Shown: positions 47,351 through 56,742, counted from the first letter of the stretch. The stretch: DNA of 64,000 bases from Deferribacterales bacterium (GCA_050253075.1 JBFWJS010000003.1:309458-373457), one strand, 5' to 3'. The notes: generated from the letters alone by a model not told the origin. Translations and numbers: made by a program.

Positions 47351-48586
47351 ATGGCACAAGTTAAAACGAAAACTGTGCGAGTACGAAAAGACAAGAACAG
47401 GCTGTTGCTAGACTTCTATTACCGGGACGTAAGGTGCCGAGAGTATTTGTCAGTGACTGCCAACAAAGAAGGCAGAAGGTATGCAGAAAGGCAGGCAAAG
47501 TTGCTGGAACAGCAGATTTTAGACGGTGACTTTGAATACGCCGCATGGTTTCCGAATTCTAAGAAGTGCAGATTGTTCAACTCCGTGGCTGATAAAGCCA
47601 ACAAGACCTTTGCGGAGGTTGCGGATGAGTGGAGAGAGCAAGTTGAGCGTTTACACAAAGCAGGGGAGCTTAAGCGGACAACTCTCAGGAACTATATGAA
47701 CTCTCTGAAGTCTATTAATCAGTATTTTGCAAATTACGAGATGCAGAATATCACAAAATCTTTGGTGGATGATTATAAGTTTGAGTTGTTAGATAAGCCT
47801 TTGAGCAAAAAGAGCATCAACAACAAGCTCACCCCCTTAAGGCGTATCTTTGATTATGCCTATGAGCAGGGCTATATTGAGCATAATGTCATGGACAGGG
47901 TTAAAAACTTCACTCTGGAACTGCCGGAGATCGAGCCGTTCAACCAGTTAGAGGTTCAGGCTATCCTTAATCATCTTCAGAAGAACAATCCTAAGTTTCA
48001 TGCAATGTTCACGATCTTGTTCCATACGGGAATGCGAATCGGTGAAGTGTTGGCGATGAAATGGAAAAACTTTGATGAGATGTTCTGTTCTTACCACGTC
48101 AAAGAACACTTCACAGAGAAGCGTTTGGATACTCCTAAGACTAAAGCGTCTAAAAGGATAGTTCCACTCACTGACGAGGCAATGAACGCTCTCAGAAACC
48201 ACAAGCAGTATACCTTTATGAAGTCTGACTTCATCTTTTGCAACCAGTACGGTGATCCGTGGGTATCATCTGACAATATCATGAAGCAAGTATGGGAACC
48301 TATGCTGAAGAAGCTGGGCATTGCTTACCGCATCATTTACCAATGCAGACACACCCACGCAAGTCTGTCTATTCTGGCTGGCGATAACCTCGCACATATC
48401 GCTGAAAGGATGGGACACAAGAACGTCGGGACACTGATAACCCGATACGCAAAATACGTTAAATCAGTACAATTTCAACAGCCGAAAATCGGCTCATTCC
48501 TCTCAAATTCGGGGCATGATTTACAGTCTGGCGGGCACAATCTGTCAGAATACTGTCAGAATCAAGAAAGCCCCATCACTAACTAA
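47351..48586 (+). CDS. int: Tyrosine integrase with N-terminal arm-binding domain
   Basis: L.LDFYYR.VRCRE arm domain, TGMRIGE, PKT, YQCRHT, MGH, RY; abuts att/tRNA. Confidence 0.95.
   Translation: MAQVKTKTVRVRKDKNRLLLDFYYRDVRCREYLSVTANKEGRRYAERQAKLLEQQILDGDFEYAAWFPNSKKCRLFNSVADKANKTFAEVADEWREQVERLHKAGELKRTTLRNYMNSLKSINQYFANYEMQNITKSLVDDYKFELLDKPLSKKSINNKLTPLRRIFDYAYEQGYIEHNVMDRVKNFTLELPEIEPFNQLEVQAILNHLQKNNPKFHAMFTILFHTGMRIGEVLAMKWKNFDEMFCSYHVKEHFTEKRLDTPKTKASKRIVPLTDEAMNALRNHKQYTFMKSDFIFCNQYGDPWVSSDNIMKQVWEPMLKKLGIAYRIIYQCRHTHASLSILAGDNLAHIAERMGHKNVGTLITRYAKYVKSVQFQQPKIGSFLSNSGHDLQSGGHNLSEYCQNQESPITN
48538..48562. repeat. Tandem integrase arm-type site (right)
   Basis: CAATCTGTCAGAATACTGTCAGAAT, matches 16329-16353. 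Confidence 0.8.
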
Positions 48587-48600
48587 TTAGTAATAGGGCT
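48569..48600 (-). terminator. Element-supplied replacement terminator for tRNA-Leu
   Basis: Minus strand AGCCCTATTACTAA-ttag-TTAGTGATGGGGCT then TTCTT; G:U pairs favour the minus strand. Confidence 0.65.
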
Positions 48601-48603
48601 CTT

Positions 48604-48630
48604 TTAGAGTGCCGAGAGGGGGACTCGAAC
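48604..48630. repeat. att core (tRNA-overlapping copy)
   Basis: Identical to 16199-16225; runs from the T-loop to 6 nt past the discriminator. Confidence 0.95.
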
Positions 48631-48694
48631 CCCCACACTGTTATCCAGCACATGAACCTGAATCATGCGTGTCTACCAATTCCACCACCTCGGC
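48610..48694 (-). tRNA. tRNA-Leu(CAG), CCA not encoded
   Basis: GCCGAGG acceptor stem, GGAATTGGTAGAC D-arm, CATGA-TTCAGGT-TCATG anticodon arm, long variable arm, GTTCGAGTC T-loop. Confidence 0.96.
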
Positions 48695-48720
48695 AATACC
48701 GTTAAAATGTGGTAAAGGGG

Positions 48721-48749
48721 TTTATACAGCTATAAGAATGATATGTCAA
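48721..48749 (-). promoter_or_regulatory. Sigma70 promoter of tRNA-Leu
   Basis: TTGACA-17bp-TATAAA on the minus strand. Confidence 0.75.
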
Positions 48750-48786
48750 GAAAGATATATGATTTCGGATGTGAGAATTGCGGGGT

Positions 48787-49641
48787 TTAGTCCAAAGTTT
48801 TGAGCAGTGAGTGCCAGTCGAAATTTATCTTATGAAAACTTGTGATACTGCAGTCTTTTATCCTGTTTGGAGATATCCCGCCTGAGCTGGTGGAAAGCAG
48901 CACGGATGCTATTTTTTCCTTTGTTTCTTTCGGCAGGCTGCCTCTGACCATCATAAAAAGTCCGGGGACGCTTTGTGTTTCGTAAATGATTTTGAGCTCT
49001 TCTTTTTCAAAGTTTGGCACAGTGTTAGGGTCGCCCCAGCTGGATGAGCATATTGCCGCGGCATCTGTCTTTTTCAGGTAGACCTGGCTGACGGACTTTG
49101 CCTTATCTTTTGTAACTGTGTAGCCAATGGTATTTTTCTCGACATTGCTTTCGGGCGAGTCGATCTTTGTCATCTTTATGCCTGTTTTGGCGAAAGAACT
49201 TTTTATAAGGTGATAGGTACTTGTGGCATTTTCGTTTGGTATGGATATGGTCTTTCCGTTCAGGTCTTTAAGTGATGAGATTTCGGAATCCTTCCTTACC
49301 AGAATGATGCCTTTGACAAAGACGCTGCCGTTCCTGCTGATCAACAGGAGCGGCTGCATGTCTGTATGTTTTTCGGCGTATGCCGCCGTGTGTATTGATT
49401 CGATCACGATATCGACATTTTCTCTATCTATCATTCTGACAAAGTTATCGATGTCTTCCGTCGGTTCGGTAATTATCTCGTAAGAGTCAAATTCGGGCAT
49501 TTCGCTGATGATGAGCTCGGCGATACGTTTAAGGTTTTGCATCCCCTGAAGGCGATCTTCCACCAGCTTGCCTATTTTGAGCGGTCTGGCGTATGCGCTG
49601 AAGCTCAGTAATATCGTCAGTAAAACAACCGCAAGGCGCAT
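48787..49641 (-). CDS. PhnD-like phosphate/phosphonate-family substrate-binding protein
   Basis: Signal peptide, ILVRKDSEISSLKDLNGKTI, STY, DAAA, LKIIYET..VP. Confidence 0.75.
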   Translation of the reverse strand: MRLAVVLLTILLSFSAYARPLKIGKLVEDRLQGMQNLKRIAELIISEMPEFDSYEIITEPTEDIDNFVRMIDRENVDIVIESIHTAAYAEKHTDMQPLLLISRNGSVFVKGIILVRKDSEISSLKDLNGKTISIPNENATSTYHLIKSSFAKTGIKMTKIDSPESNVEKNTIGYTVTKDKAKSVSQVYLKKTDAAAICSSSWGDPNTVPNFEKEELKIIYETQSVPGLFMMVRGSLPKETKEKIASVLLSTSSGGISPNRIKDCSITSFHKINFDWHSLLKTLD

Positions 49642-49644
49642 CGA

Positions 49645-50064
49645 TTATTCGCCGGCGAGCCCGAGCCTGAGGTATTCTTTGAATATGCATTTATCCTGAA
49701 CATAAGGGATGCCTGTAACATTTGCTATCTGCGCACCCTCGATGGATTCAACGCCTTCCTGCAGCCAGATGAGCTTCGCATTCTTACCTGCTGCTGCTCT
49801 GACGATCTCTGCTGCAAATGCACTCTGTCTGAAAACGTCCACTATGTCCGGATCGAATGGAATGTCCTCTACGGAGTCGTATGTCGGCACACCGAGAACC
49901 TCTTTTTCGATAGGATTCACGGGTGTAACGTCGTATCCGTTCTTCATAAGGAACTTCATGATGCCGTTGCTGGCTCTTTCAGGTTTATTAGAAGCGCCGA
50001 CTATAACAACAGTCTTCGCGTTTTTTAAAAGTTCTTTCAGTTTCTCGTCGCTTAAATTTTGCAT
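49645..50064 (-). CDS. CoA-binding protein (YccU-like)
   Basis: VGASNKPERAS, PVNP, DIVDVFR, IWLQEG; GGAGG RBS. Confidence 0.9.
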   Translation of the reverse strand: MQNLSDEKLKELLKNAKTVVIVGASNKPERASNGIMKFLMKNGYDVTPVNPIEKEVLGVPTYDSVEDIPFDPDIVDVFRQSAFAAEIVRAAAGKNAKLIWLQEGVESIEGAQIANVTGIPYVQDKCIFKEYLRLGLAGE

Positions 50065-50109
50065 TGAATTCCTCCGTATTTGTCGCATATATTATAGCAG
50101 GAGCGTGAA

Positions 50110-50739
50110 ATGATAGATGGTTTAAACAACAGCGCTAACGCCATAAATGTTTATAATACTTCACTTGCCGTTACTGCTAATAATATTGCCAATATAAACA
50201 CACCTTACTACAAAAGCAATACCCTACAGCTCCATGATCTGAAACAGGGCGGTGTGGCTATATCCTCCATCAGGCAGAACCAGTCGCTCTCATACACCAT
50301 CCAGTCCGGTCGAAACCTCGACTTTGTAATAGAAGGAAAGGGTAACTTTAAGCTGAATGACAACGGTACGGCATATTTCACAAGGAACGGGTCTTTCTAT
50401 CTGGACGGGCAGGGCGACATTGTCGACAGTAAGGGGAGAACCCTTTTGGAAGATGTTGTCCAGCCGGGCGAGACCATCGAGGATTTCTCCATATCCGACA
50501 ACGGTGAGATAACCGTAAACGAGCAGTACAGAGGCACCATAGAGATATACGACAGCTACGGTAATAAGATGCCTGAGGATCTTTATGCTCTGAAGAGCGG
50601 TCAGCTCGAGGTTTCAGATGTGGATTATGCCAGAGAGGTCGTTAATATGATGGTGACACAGCACGCCACAAGCGCAAATGTCGCAACAGTCAGAACCTAT
50701 GACGAAATGCTGGGGCTTATTGTGAATCTTGTTGCCTGA
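50110..50739 (+). CDS. Flagellar hook/basal-body rod family protein (FlgE/F/G-like, short)
   Basis: ANNIANINT..YK, LDFVIEGKGNF, FTRNGSF, LE.SDVD.AREVVNMM. Confidence 0.82.
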   Translation: MIDGLNNSANAINVYNTSLAVTANNIANINTPYYKSNTLQLHDLKQGGVAISSIRQNQSLSYTIQSGRNLDFVIEGKGNFKLNDNGTAYFTRNGSFYLDGQGDIVDSKGRTLLEDVVQPGETIEDFSISDNGEITVNEQYRGTIEIYDSYGNKMPEDLYALKSGQLEVSDVDYAREVVNMMVTQHATSANVATVRTYDEMLGLIVNLVA

Positions 50740-51817
50740 TGGGCAGCTCAATGAAAAACGTCGTACCTTCATCCTCTATACTAGTGAAATAGATACTCCC
50801 TTTCAGATACCTTTCGGTGAGCAGTCTCATGCTGTAAGTGCCGAGCCCTCTGCCTTCCCCTTTGGTTGAAAACGATCTTTTGAATATAGATTTACTGATG
50901 TGTTCGGGCATTACGGAAGGGTTATGCACGGATATAGTCAGGTTTTCGTCGCCCAGCTCGTAGTCTATGGTGACGGTCTGCCCCTCGGCAGATGCTTCAC
51001 AGGCGTTCTTTATCATGTTCACCAGCACTCTTTTGATGAGCACAAGGTCGGTGTCTATGCAGAGCTCCTGCTCGGTGATGTTGTTAACTATCGTGATGTG
51101 TGAATCAGCCACCGCAGGTTTGAAAAAGCGTACGACATTGTCCAGCACGGAGGCTACACATGTCTTTGCTATCCTGACCTTCAGCTCGTCCTTTTCTGCC
51201 ATTGTGATGATGCGCTGTGAGTCTATCTCAGACTTAAGCGAGTCTATGGCAGAGCGGAGCAGGCCGAGGTTGTTTATATTATCAGGGTTTTTGGTGTCGC
51301 AGTTATCGGCGAGCATTTCGCAAAGCATGCTTACGCCGCCGACGATATTATTTACGTCGTGGAAGAATATCTTTTCCAGTGTTTTCTTTCTGGTTTCGGA
51401 GCTGATGTCCATTATGCAGTAGAGGGTTACGTCTGTGCCTCTGAGGTTGAGCGGAGATGCGGATACTTTAAGGTTATAAGATTTACCGCTGGTGGCGACT
51501 ATCTGGCATTCGCTCTGGCTGGATTCGCCCTTCAGGCTCTTTTCGATGGAGCTGTTCCCCCCGCAGTATCTGCAGAAGTCGGTTGTGCCGCACATTTCAT
51601 CGCCCTCGACGGCACGTATGCAGTTAAAAGCGTTTCCCGGTTTGATCCCTTTTTCTCTATTCAGACCGTGTCTTAGGGCAAATTCATCATATTTTTTGTT
51701 AAAGTAGATGATGTTTCGGTCAAAATCGAGAATGATGGCGATCTCGTGCAGAGTATCCAGTGTTGTAGTTAATATCGGATGCTGAACCCTAAAGTCAGCA
51801 AACTGATCCTCGGACAT
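50717..51817 (-). CDS. Cytoplasmic sensor histidine kinase
   Basis: FFHDVNN H-box, NMIKNACEA, FSTKGEGRGLGTY, GTTF; Cys-rich PAS-like N-terminus. Confidence 0.88.
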   Translation of the reverse strand: MSEDQFADFRVQHPILTTTLDTLHEIAIILDFDRNIIYFNKKYDEFALRHGLNREKGIKPGNAFNCIRAVEGDEMCGTTDFCRYCGGNSSIEKSLKGESSQSECQIVATSGKSYNLKVSASPLNLRGTDVTLYCIMDISSETRKKTLEKIFFHDVNNIVGGVSMLCEMLADNCDTKNPDNINNLGLLRSAIDSLKSEIDSQRIITMAEKDELKVRIAKTCVASVLDNVVRFFKPAVADSHITIVNNITEQELCIDTDLVLIKRVLVNMIKNACEASAEGQTVTIDYELGDENLTISVHNPSVMPEHISKSIFKRSFSTKGEGRGLGTYSMRLLTERYLKGSIYFTSIEDEGTTFFIELPIRQQDSQ

Positions 51818-51959
51818 AAACTCCCCAAACAAATAAGTTAATTAGGTTACCCATTATAATAAGCGCAGGTTTAACCAGATGCAACTTAAATTATCTAAAT
51901 GGTTGAATTAGATATTTTAAACTGATAATATTGGCGCATATATCAGTCGGAGGTTTCAG

Positions 51960-53609
51960 TTGAAACAGATTCTTCAGTCACTCATAGATAAAGCATTGGA
52001 AGATATGATAAAAGAGAGCGGAGCGGAAGCTGCTCTCCCCGAATATACAATAGAGACGCCAAATAATCCCGATCACGGCGATTTTGCAGCGAATGCAGCT
52101 ATGAAATCTGCAAAGATATTCCGCAGTAAGCCTATGGATATCGCCGAGAAGCTCGTGGGTAAGCTGAATCACCCTATGATAAAGAGCGCAGAGGCTGTTA
52201 TGCCTGGCTTTATCAATTTCTTTATAGATAACGGTTTTTACCACGAGATAGTGAAACAGGCAGCGACAGACGACGCCTTTTTCACCAGCGATCTGGGTAA
52301 AAACAGAAAGACAATGGTTGAATTCGTAAGCGCAAACCCCACAGGCCCGCTTCATGTCGGTCACGGACGTAATGCCGCATACGGAGACAGCCTTGCGAAG
52401 ATAATGAAAGCCGCAGGATACGATGTCCACACAGAATACTATGTGAACGACGCAGGAAACCAGATGAACAATTTGGGCAAGAGTATCTATGTGCGCTATA
52501 TGGAAATAGCGGGTAAGGAGATGCCGTTCCCCGAGGACGGATATCACGGACAATATATCAGAGACATCGCACAGGACCTTTATAACGAGCACGGCACAAA
52601 GATAGCCGAAATGCCCGAGAATGAAGGCACTGAAGTATGCTTTCAGAAAGGTCTGCAGGTTATAACAGACAACATCGCAAACACTCTTAAGATATTCAAC
52701 GTAACTATGGAAGAGTATTTCAGCGAGAAATCTCTCTATGAGAAAGGCGATGTGCCTGCCAGCCTTGAATACCTGAAAGAGAGAGGCTTCATTTATGAGA
52801 AAGACGGCGCTCTCTGGTTTAAATCAACAGATTTCGGCGACGACAAGGACCGTGTGGTGAAGAGAAGCAACGGTGAATACACTTACTTCGCTTCCGACAT
52901 CGCATATCATAAGAATAAGTTCGACAGAGGATTCCAGACCACAATAGACGTCTGGGGTGCTGACCACCACGGATACGTGAAGCGTCTCAGCTCTGCCATC
53001 GAGGCTATCGGCTATGAGGATAAAGAATTCGCAGTGAGCCTTATCCAGATGGTAAACCTTGTGAACGCTGGCGAGCGTGTGTCTATGTCTACCCGTGGGG
53101 GTACATTTATCGAGCTCGACGAACTGATAGCAGACGTAGGCAGTGATGCAGCCAGATATTTCTACACCATGAGAGACTACGAGGCTCAGTTCGACTTCGA
53201 CATCGCTCTGGCAAAGAAGCGTGAGTCCGATAACCCTGTTTTCTACATACAGTACGGACATGCGAGAGTACAGTCTGTCCTGCGCAAAGCAGACGAAGAG
53301 GGTATCGCTTACGAACTGTGCAGCGGGCTGGATAAATTAAATTCTAAAGAAGAGCTTGAGTTAATAAAGAAAATTTACGATTATATAAATGTGCTGGAGC
53401 AGGCCGCCAGAAACAGACAGCCTCACAGAATAGGCTATTATCTGCAGGAACTGGCTTCAATGTTCCATAGCTACTACTTCAATAACAAGATGTTAAACGA
53501 AGAAGACAAAGACCTCACCTCTGCGAGACTTACACTGGCAAAGGCTGTAGGTAACACCATCAGAAACGGACTAGCTCTCCTCGGCGTGAGCGCACCTGAC
53601 AGGATGTAA
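51960..53609 (+). CDS. argS: Arginine--tRNA ligase
   Basis: EFVSANPTGPLHVGHGR, YYVNDAGNQ, WGADHHGY, MSTR, YIQYGHAR. Confidence 0.97.
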   Translation: MKQILQSLIDKALEDMIKESGAEAALPEYTIETPNNPDHGDFAANAAMKSAKIFRSKPMDIAEKLVGKLNHPMIKSAEAVMPGFINFFIDNGFYHEIVKQAATDDAFFTSDLGKNRKTMVEFVSANPTGPLHVGHGRNAAYGDSLAKIMKAAGYDVHTEYYVNDAGNQMNNLGKSIYVRYMEIAGKEMPFPEDGYHGQYIRDIAQDLYNEHGTKIAEMPENEGTEVCFQKGLQVITDNIANTLKIFNVTMEEYFSEKSLYEKGDVPASLEYLKERGFIYEKDGALWFKSTDFGDDKDRVVKRSNGEYTYFASDIAYHKNKFDRGFQTTIDVWGADHHGYVKRLSSAIEAIGYEDKEFAVSLIQMVNLVNAGERVSMSTRGGTFIELDELIADVGSDAARYFYTMRDYEAQFDFDIALAKKRESDNPVFYIQYGHARVQSVLRKADEEGIAYELCSGLDKLNSKEELELIKKIYDYINVLEQAARNRQPHRIGYYLQELASMFHSYYFNNKMLNEEDKDLTSARLTLAKAVGNTIRNGLALLGVSAPDRM

Positions 53610-53611
53610 AT

Positions 53612-54406
53612 GTGTTTGGTAAAAAGAAAGGCGAAGGCGAAAACGAAGTAAAAGAACAGGTCGGGCAGCTCGATGCCAAACCTGCTGGCGGTAAAACGCC
53701 GAAAGTAAGCAAAGGATTCGGTAATACCATTATCCTTTTCATTGTATTTTTTATAGTGTTCACCGTCATAGTGACAGGCGTGGCATTCTTTGCGGATAAG
53801 CTGGACTTCTCCGGTAATAAGAATGAAAAGTCTCTCGAAGACCTCGTCCCGCAGGAAAAGGTCACTAACCCTGACGCAGGTGAAAGCAAAGAATACGTCA
53901 TGGATGAAAAGGGCAATATCGACGTGAAGACCGAGGAAGAGAAGGCTGACGAAGAGCTCAAGATACCTGCTGCCACTGGCACACAGGCGGCTCTCCCCGC
54001 TCCTAAGCCTGCGCCTCTGCCTCCGGTGACTGTGAAACCAGAGGTAAAACCTGAGCCGAAACCTGCAGCTAAACCTGCGGCGAAGCCCGCACCAAAGCCG
54101 GAGCCTAAACCGGTGGCGAAGTCGGAGACATCCACAGACCCGCTCGGCGTGCTGAACAAAAAAGTGACAACAGGCGACTATGTGGTGCAGATCGCATCAT
54201 TTAAAAAGCAGGAATATGCTGACGGCGAACGTGATAAACTGAAAAAGATCATCCCCGATGTATTCGTTGTGAGGGCAGACCTCGGCGAAAAGGGCGTATG
54301 GTACAGAGTGCGCTGTTTCAACGGTATAAACTATCAGGAAGCAAAAGCGAAAGCGGCCTCCATCGCAGCGAGAACATCGCATAAACCTTACCCAATGAAA
54401 AAATAA
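53612..54406 (+). CDS. SPOR-domain cell division protein (FtsN-like)
   Basis: TM helix, Pro/Lys-rich linker, YVVQIASF...G.WYRVR; follows argS. Confidence 0.85.
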   Translation: MFGKKKGEGENEVKEQVGQLDAKPAGGKTPKVSKGFGNTIILFIVFFIVFTVIVTGVAFFADKLDFSGNKNEKSLEDLVPQEKVTNPDAGESKEYVMDEKGNIDVKTEEEKADEELKIPAATGTQAALPAPKPAPLPPVTVKPEVKPEPKPAAKPAAKPAPKPEPKPVAKSETSTDPLGVLNKKVTTGDYVVQIASFKKQEYADGERDKLKKIIPDVFVVRADLGEKGVWYRVRCFNGINYQEAKAKAASIAARTSHKPYPMKK

Positions 54407-55557
54407 TGTTTAAAAAACTTTTGATATTTATGACCCTGCTCATCGTGGCAGGGTCTTCTTTTGCCCAGAGCTACCCTGCGCTGAATGGTGTGCAGGTGTT
54501 TGTGCTCGATGAAAAATACGACGGAAATATAGACGAGCTTTTCACAGGGCTCAAAGACCACGGGGTAGACTCCGTGTTTATCCGTGTTTTTCATAACGGC
54601 ATCGACAGATACCACTACAGAGACGTAAACGAAGACTGCAAATCAGGGGTCTACTTTAAGACAGACTCTGCATGTATGGTGCGTGACGTGCTGGGCGAGG
54701 CTGTGACATCAGCCAGAAAGCACGGCATGAAGATATTCGCATGGATGGCGACAAGGTCGCTGACATTCCTGAAAACCCCAGAATATATGGAGAAAGAATT
54801 CCGTAAAGAAGGATTAGCGGACGGATACGGCATGTCTATCTTTAATGAAGAGGCATCGGAGACCGTCAGACAGCTTTTCCGTGATCTGGCGAAGTACGAC
54901 ATAGACGGCATACTCTTTCAGGACGATTTCATCCTGCGCTATCGTGAGGGAGCGTCGGATTATGCACTGAATGCCTATAGGGCCGATACGGGGATAGACC
55001 TTAGCTTTGACAAGCTGTTCGGGTGCACGGGCGGACTGGGCGAGACAAAAGTGCCTGGCGGATGCCCGGACACATTCATCCCCTGGACAGAGTGGAAAAA
55101 CGGCAAAATGATGGAGTTCTACCAGAGTCTAAAGATAGCTGCCATGCAGGAGAATCCTGACCTTGTGATAGCGGGTAATGTGTATTACGAAACTCCGCTG
55201 GAGGAGACAAAAGGGATGAGCTGGTATGCCCAGAGCATAAGCTCTATGCTGGCTTACGGGTTTGATTATCTCGCTGTTATGGGCTATCACGACCAGATAG
55301 CAGGCGAGCTGAACCTGAACCGTGAGCAGGCTTTGAAAATGGTGGAGCAGATAGCCGACAACCTAAAAAAGACCGTAGAGCCCACAACAAGGATACTGAT
55401 GAAGGTGCAGCGCATCTCTTTCAGCAACTCCGGCAAGCTGGGCGACGAACATATAGAATCAATATGCGACATGCTGGCAAAGTATATATGTATCAGCCGT
55501 GTAGTCGTACCTGTGAACAGGGTGGAAGACCTTTCTGGAACTTGTCTGGGCAATTAA
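54406..55557 (+). CDS. Exported glycoside hydrolase, PgaB C-terminal-domain-like
   Basis: Signal peptide, IFAWM, DLAKY.IDGILFQDD, WYAQS, DYLAVMGY. Confidence 0.7.
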   Translation: MFKKLLIFMTLLIVAGSSFAQSYPALNGVQVFVLDEKYDGNIDELFTGLKDHGVDSVFIRVFHNGIDRYHYRDVNEDCKSGVYFKTDSACMVRDVLGEAVTSARKHGMKIFAWMATRSLTFLKTPEYMEKEFRKEGLADGYGMSIFNEEASETVRQLFRDLAKYDIDGILFQDDFILRYREGASDYALNAYRADTGIDLSFDKLFGCTGGLGETKVPGGCPDTFIPWTEWKNGKMMEFYQSLKIAAMQENPDLVIAGNVYYETPLEETKGMSWYAQSISSMLAYGFDYLAVMGYHDQIAGELNLNREQALKMVEQIADNLKKTVEPTTRILMKVQRISFSNSGKLGDEHIESICDMLAKYICISRVVVPVNRVEDLSGTCLGN

Positions 55558-55624
55558 ATTTGCGCCTGATTCCTTCAACTGATAAAATCTATATACAGCT
55601 AAAATATGAAATCGAGGTGCATTC

Positions 55625-56287
55625 ATGGCTAAGATAGGTGTTGTATTAAGCGGATGCGGCGTTTTTGACGGCGCAGAGATACACGAAGCGGTTCTTACCC
55701 TCTATTTCCTGCAAAAGGCAGGGGCAGAGGTTCTTATAATGGCTCCGAATGTCGAACAGATGCATGTGGTAAACCACCTGAAGGGTGAGCCCGCAGAGGG
55801 CGAGACCAGAAACGTGCTGGTGGAATCGGCGAGGATAGCCAGAGGCGACATAAAAGACATGGCGGATGTTACGGCTGCGGATTTCGACGGATTATGCTTT
55901 CCGGGCGGGTTCGGCGCAGCTAAAAACCTTACGACTTTCGCAGTGGACGGTCCCGACTGTCAGATAAACCCTGACGTGCTCCGTCTGGTAAAGGAAACTC
56001 TGCAGGCGAAAAAGCCCCTTGCTGCGATATGCATTGCTCCTGTGATAGTTGCCAAAGCTCTCGAAGGGACAGGGATAAAATCAGCCATCACGATAGGTAC
56101 GGAAGCCGCCGTGGCAGCAGGCATAAATAAGCTAGGTGCAGAGCACATCAACTGCCCTGTGAAGGAATATGTTGTCGACGGCGAGAATAAGATTGTCACA
56201 ACCCCTGCGTATATGCTGGGGCAAAACATCGTAGAGGTGGCCGAAGGGATCGAAAAGACCTGTCGGGAACTTCTTAAGATGGTCTAA
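55625..56287 (+). CDS. elbB: ElbB/ES1-family glyoxalase (DJ-1 superfamily)
   Basis: LSGCGVFDGAEIHE, RNVLVESARIARG, PGGFGAAKNL, CIAP, TTPAYM. Confidence 0.93.
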   Translation: MAKIGVVLSGCGVFDGAEIHEAVLTLYFLQKAGAEVLIMAPNVEQMHVVNHLKGEPAEGETRNVLVESARIARGDIKDMADVTAADFDGLCFPGGFGAAKNLTTFAVDGPDCQINPDVLRLVKETLQAKKPLAAICIAPVIVAKALEGTGIKSAITIGTEAAVAAGINKLGAEHINCPVKEYVVDGENKIVTTPAYMLGQNIVEVAEGIEKTCRELLKMV

Positions 56288-56298
56288 ACTTATATAAT

Positions 56299-56333
56299 AA
56301 AATCCCCGATCTTTAAAAGATTGGGGATTTTTT
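56299..56333 (+). terminator. Intrinsic terminator after elbB
   Basis: AAAATCCCCGATCT-ttaaa-AGATTGGGGATTTTTT. Confidence 0.8.
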
Positions 56334-56353
56334 GTTTCAAGAAGATTTTTAAT

Positions 56354-56534
56354 AGTCATTCTGAGCCTGTATGCAGGCGTAAGAGTCTAAAGCTATTGCT
56401 CATCAAACTTCTAACGTCACGGTGGCTATAAGTTCTTGCTTATCAAAAGATATGAGACTCTCACGTCGCTAATACTCATCAACTGCTTATTTATGGATTC
56501 GTTCAGCCTTTGGCTGGCACTCCTCAGAGTGACT
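56354..56534. repeat. ~180-bp REP/MITE-like element with nested inverted repeats
   Basis: AGTCATTCTGAG...CTCAGAGTGACT ends (1 mismatch); inner AGAGTCT(56382)/AGACTCT(56455). Confidence 0.5.
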
Positions 56535-56580
56535 GCAACCATCGGCATGTATTTTCCTTTTTTTTATGTCTTTATCCTGC

Positions 56581-56647
56581 TGGTTATCAAATAATCATCA
56601 TGCTGATTAAAAAAGCATCATTTAGCAAAGTGATTAAAAAATTATCA
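56581..56647. promoter_or_regulatory. Three 17-bp putative enhancer-binding-protein sites upstream of amt
   Basis: TG(A/G)T-N9-ATCA at 56581, 56604 and 56631. Confidence 0.6.
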
Positions 56648-56726
56648 ATTTAAGCTCTTTTGAGTATTTCTTATAATTAGTTAGTATTTAATAACTAAGT
56701 CACATTTCTGCCATATAACGTTGTTT

Positions 56727-56742
56727 TGGCACTTTTTTTGCA
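56727..56742 (+). promoter_or_regulatory. Sigma-54 promoter of amt
   Basis: TGGCACTTTTTTTGCA with exact GG-N10-GC spacing. Confidence 0.85.

Larger units (their letters stand above)
16199..48630. mobile_element. ~32.4 kb tRNA-Leu-integrated element (defence island; putative integrative mobilisable element)
   Basis: 27-bp direct repeats, integrase and xis next to the tRNA, matched arm-type repeats, AT-rich defence cargo, no capsid or T4SS genes. Confidence 0.93.

Noticed and set aside
16199..48630. Prophage or full ICE interpretation
   Set aside because: No terminase, capsid, tail, lysis, VirB4 or coupling-protein genes recognised.
48609..48803. 64-aa ORF MPRGGLEPP...
   Set aside because: It is the antisense reading of tRNA-Leu.
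53980..54120. Repetitive DNA in the SPOR gene
   Set aside because: Encodes an ordinary Pro/Lys/Ala linker.
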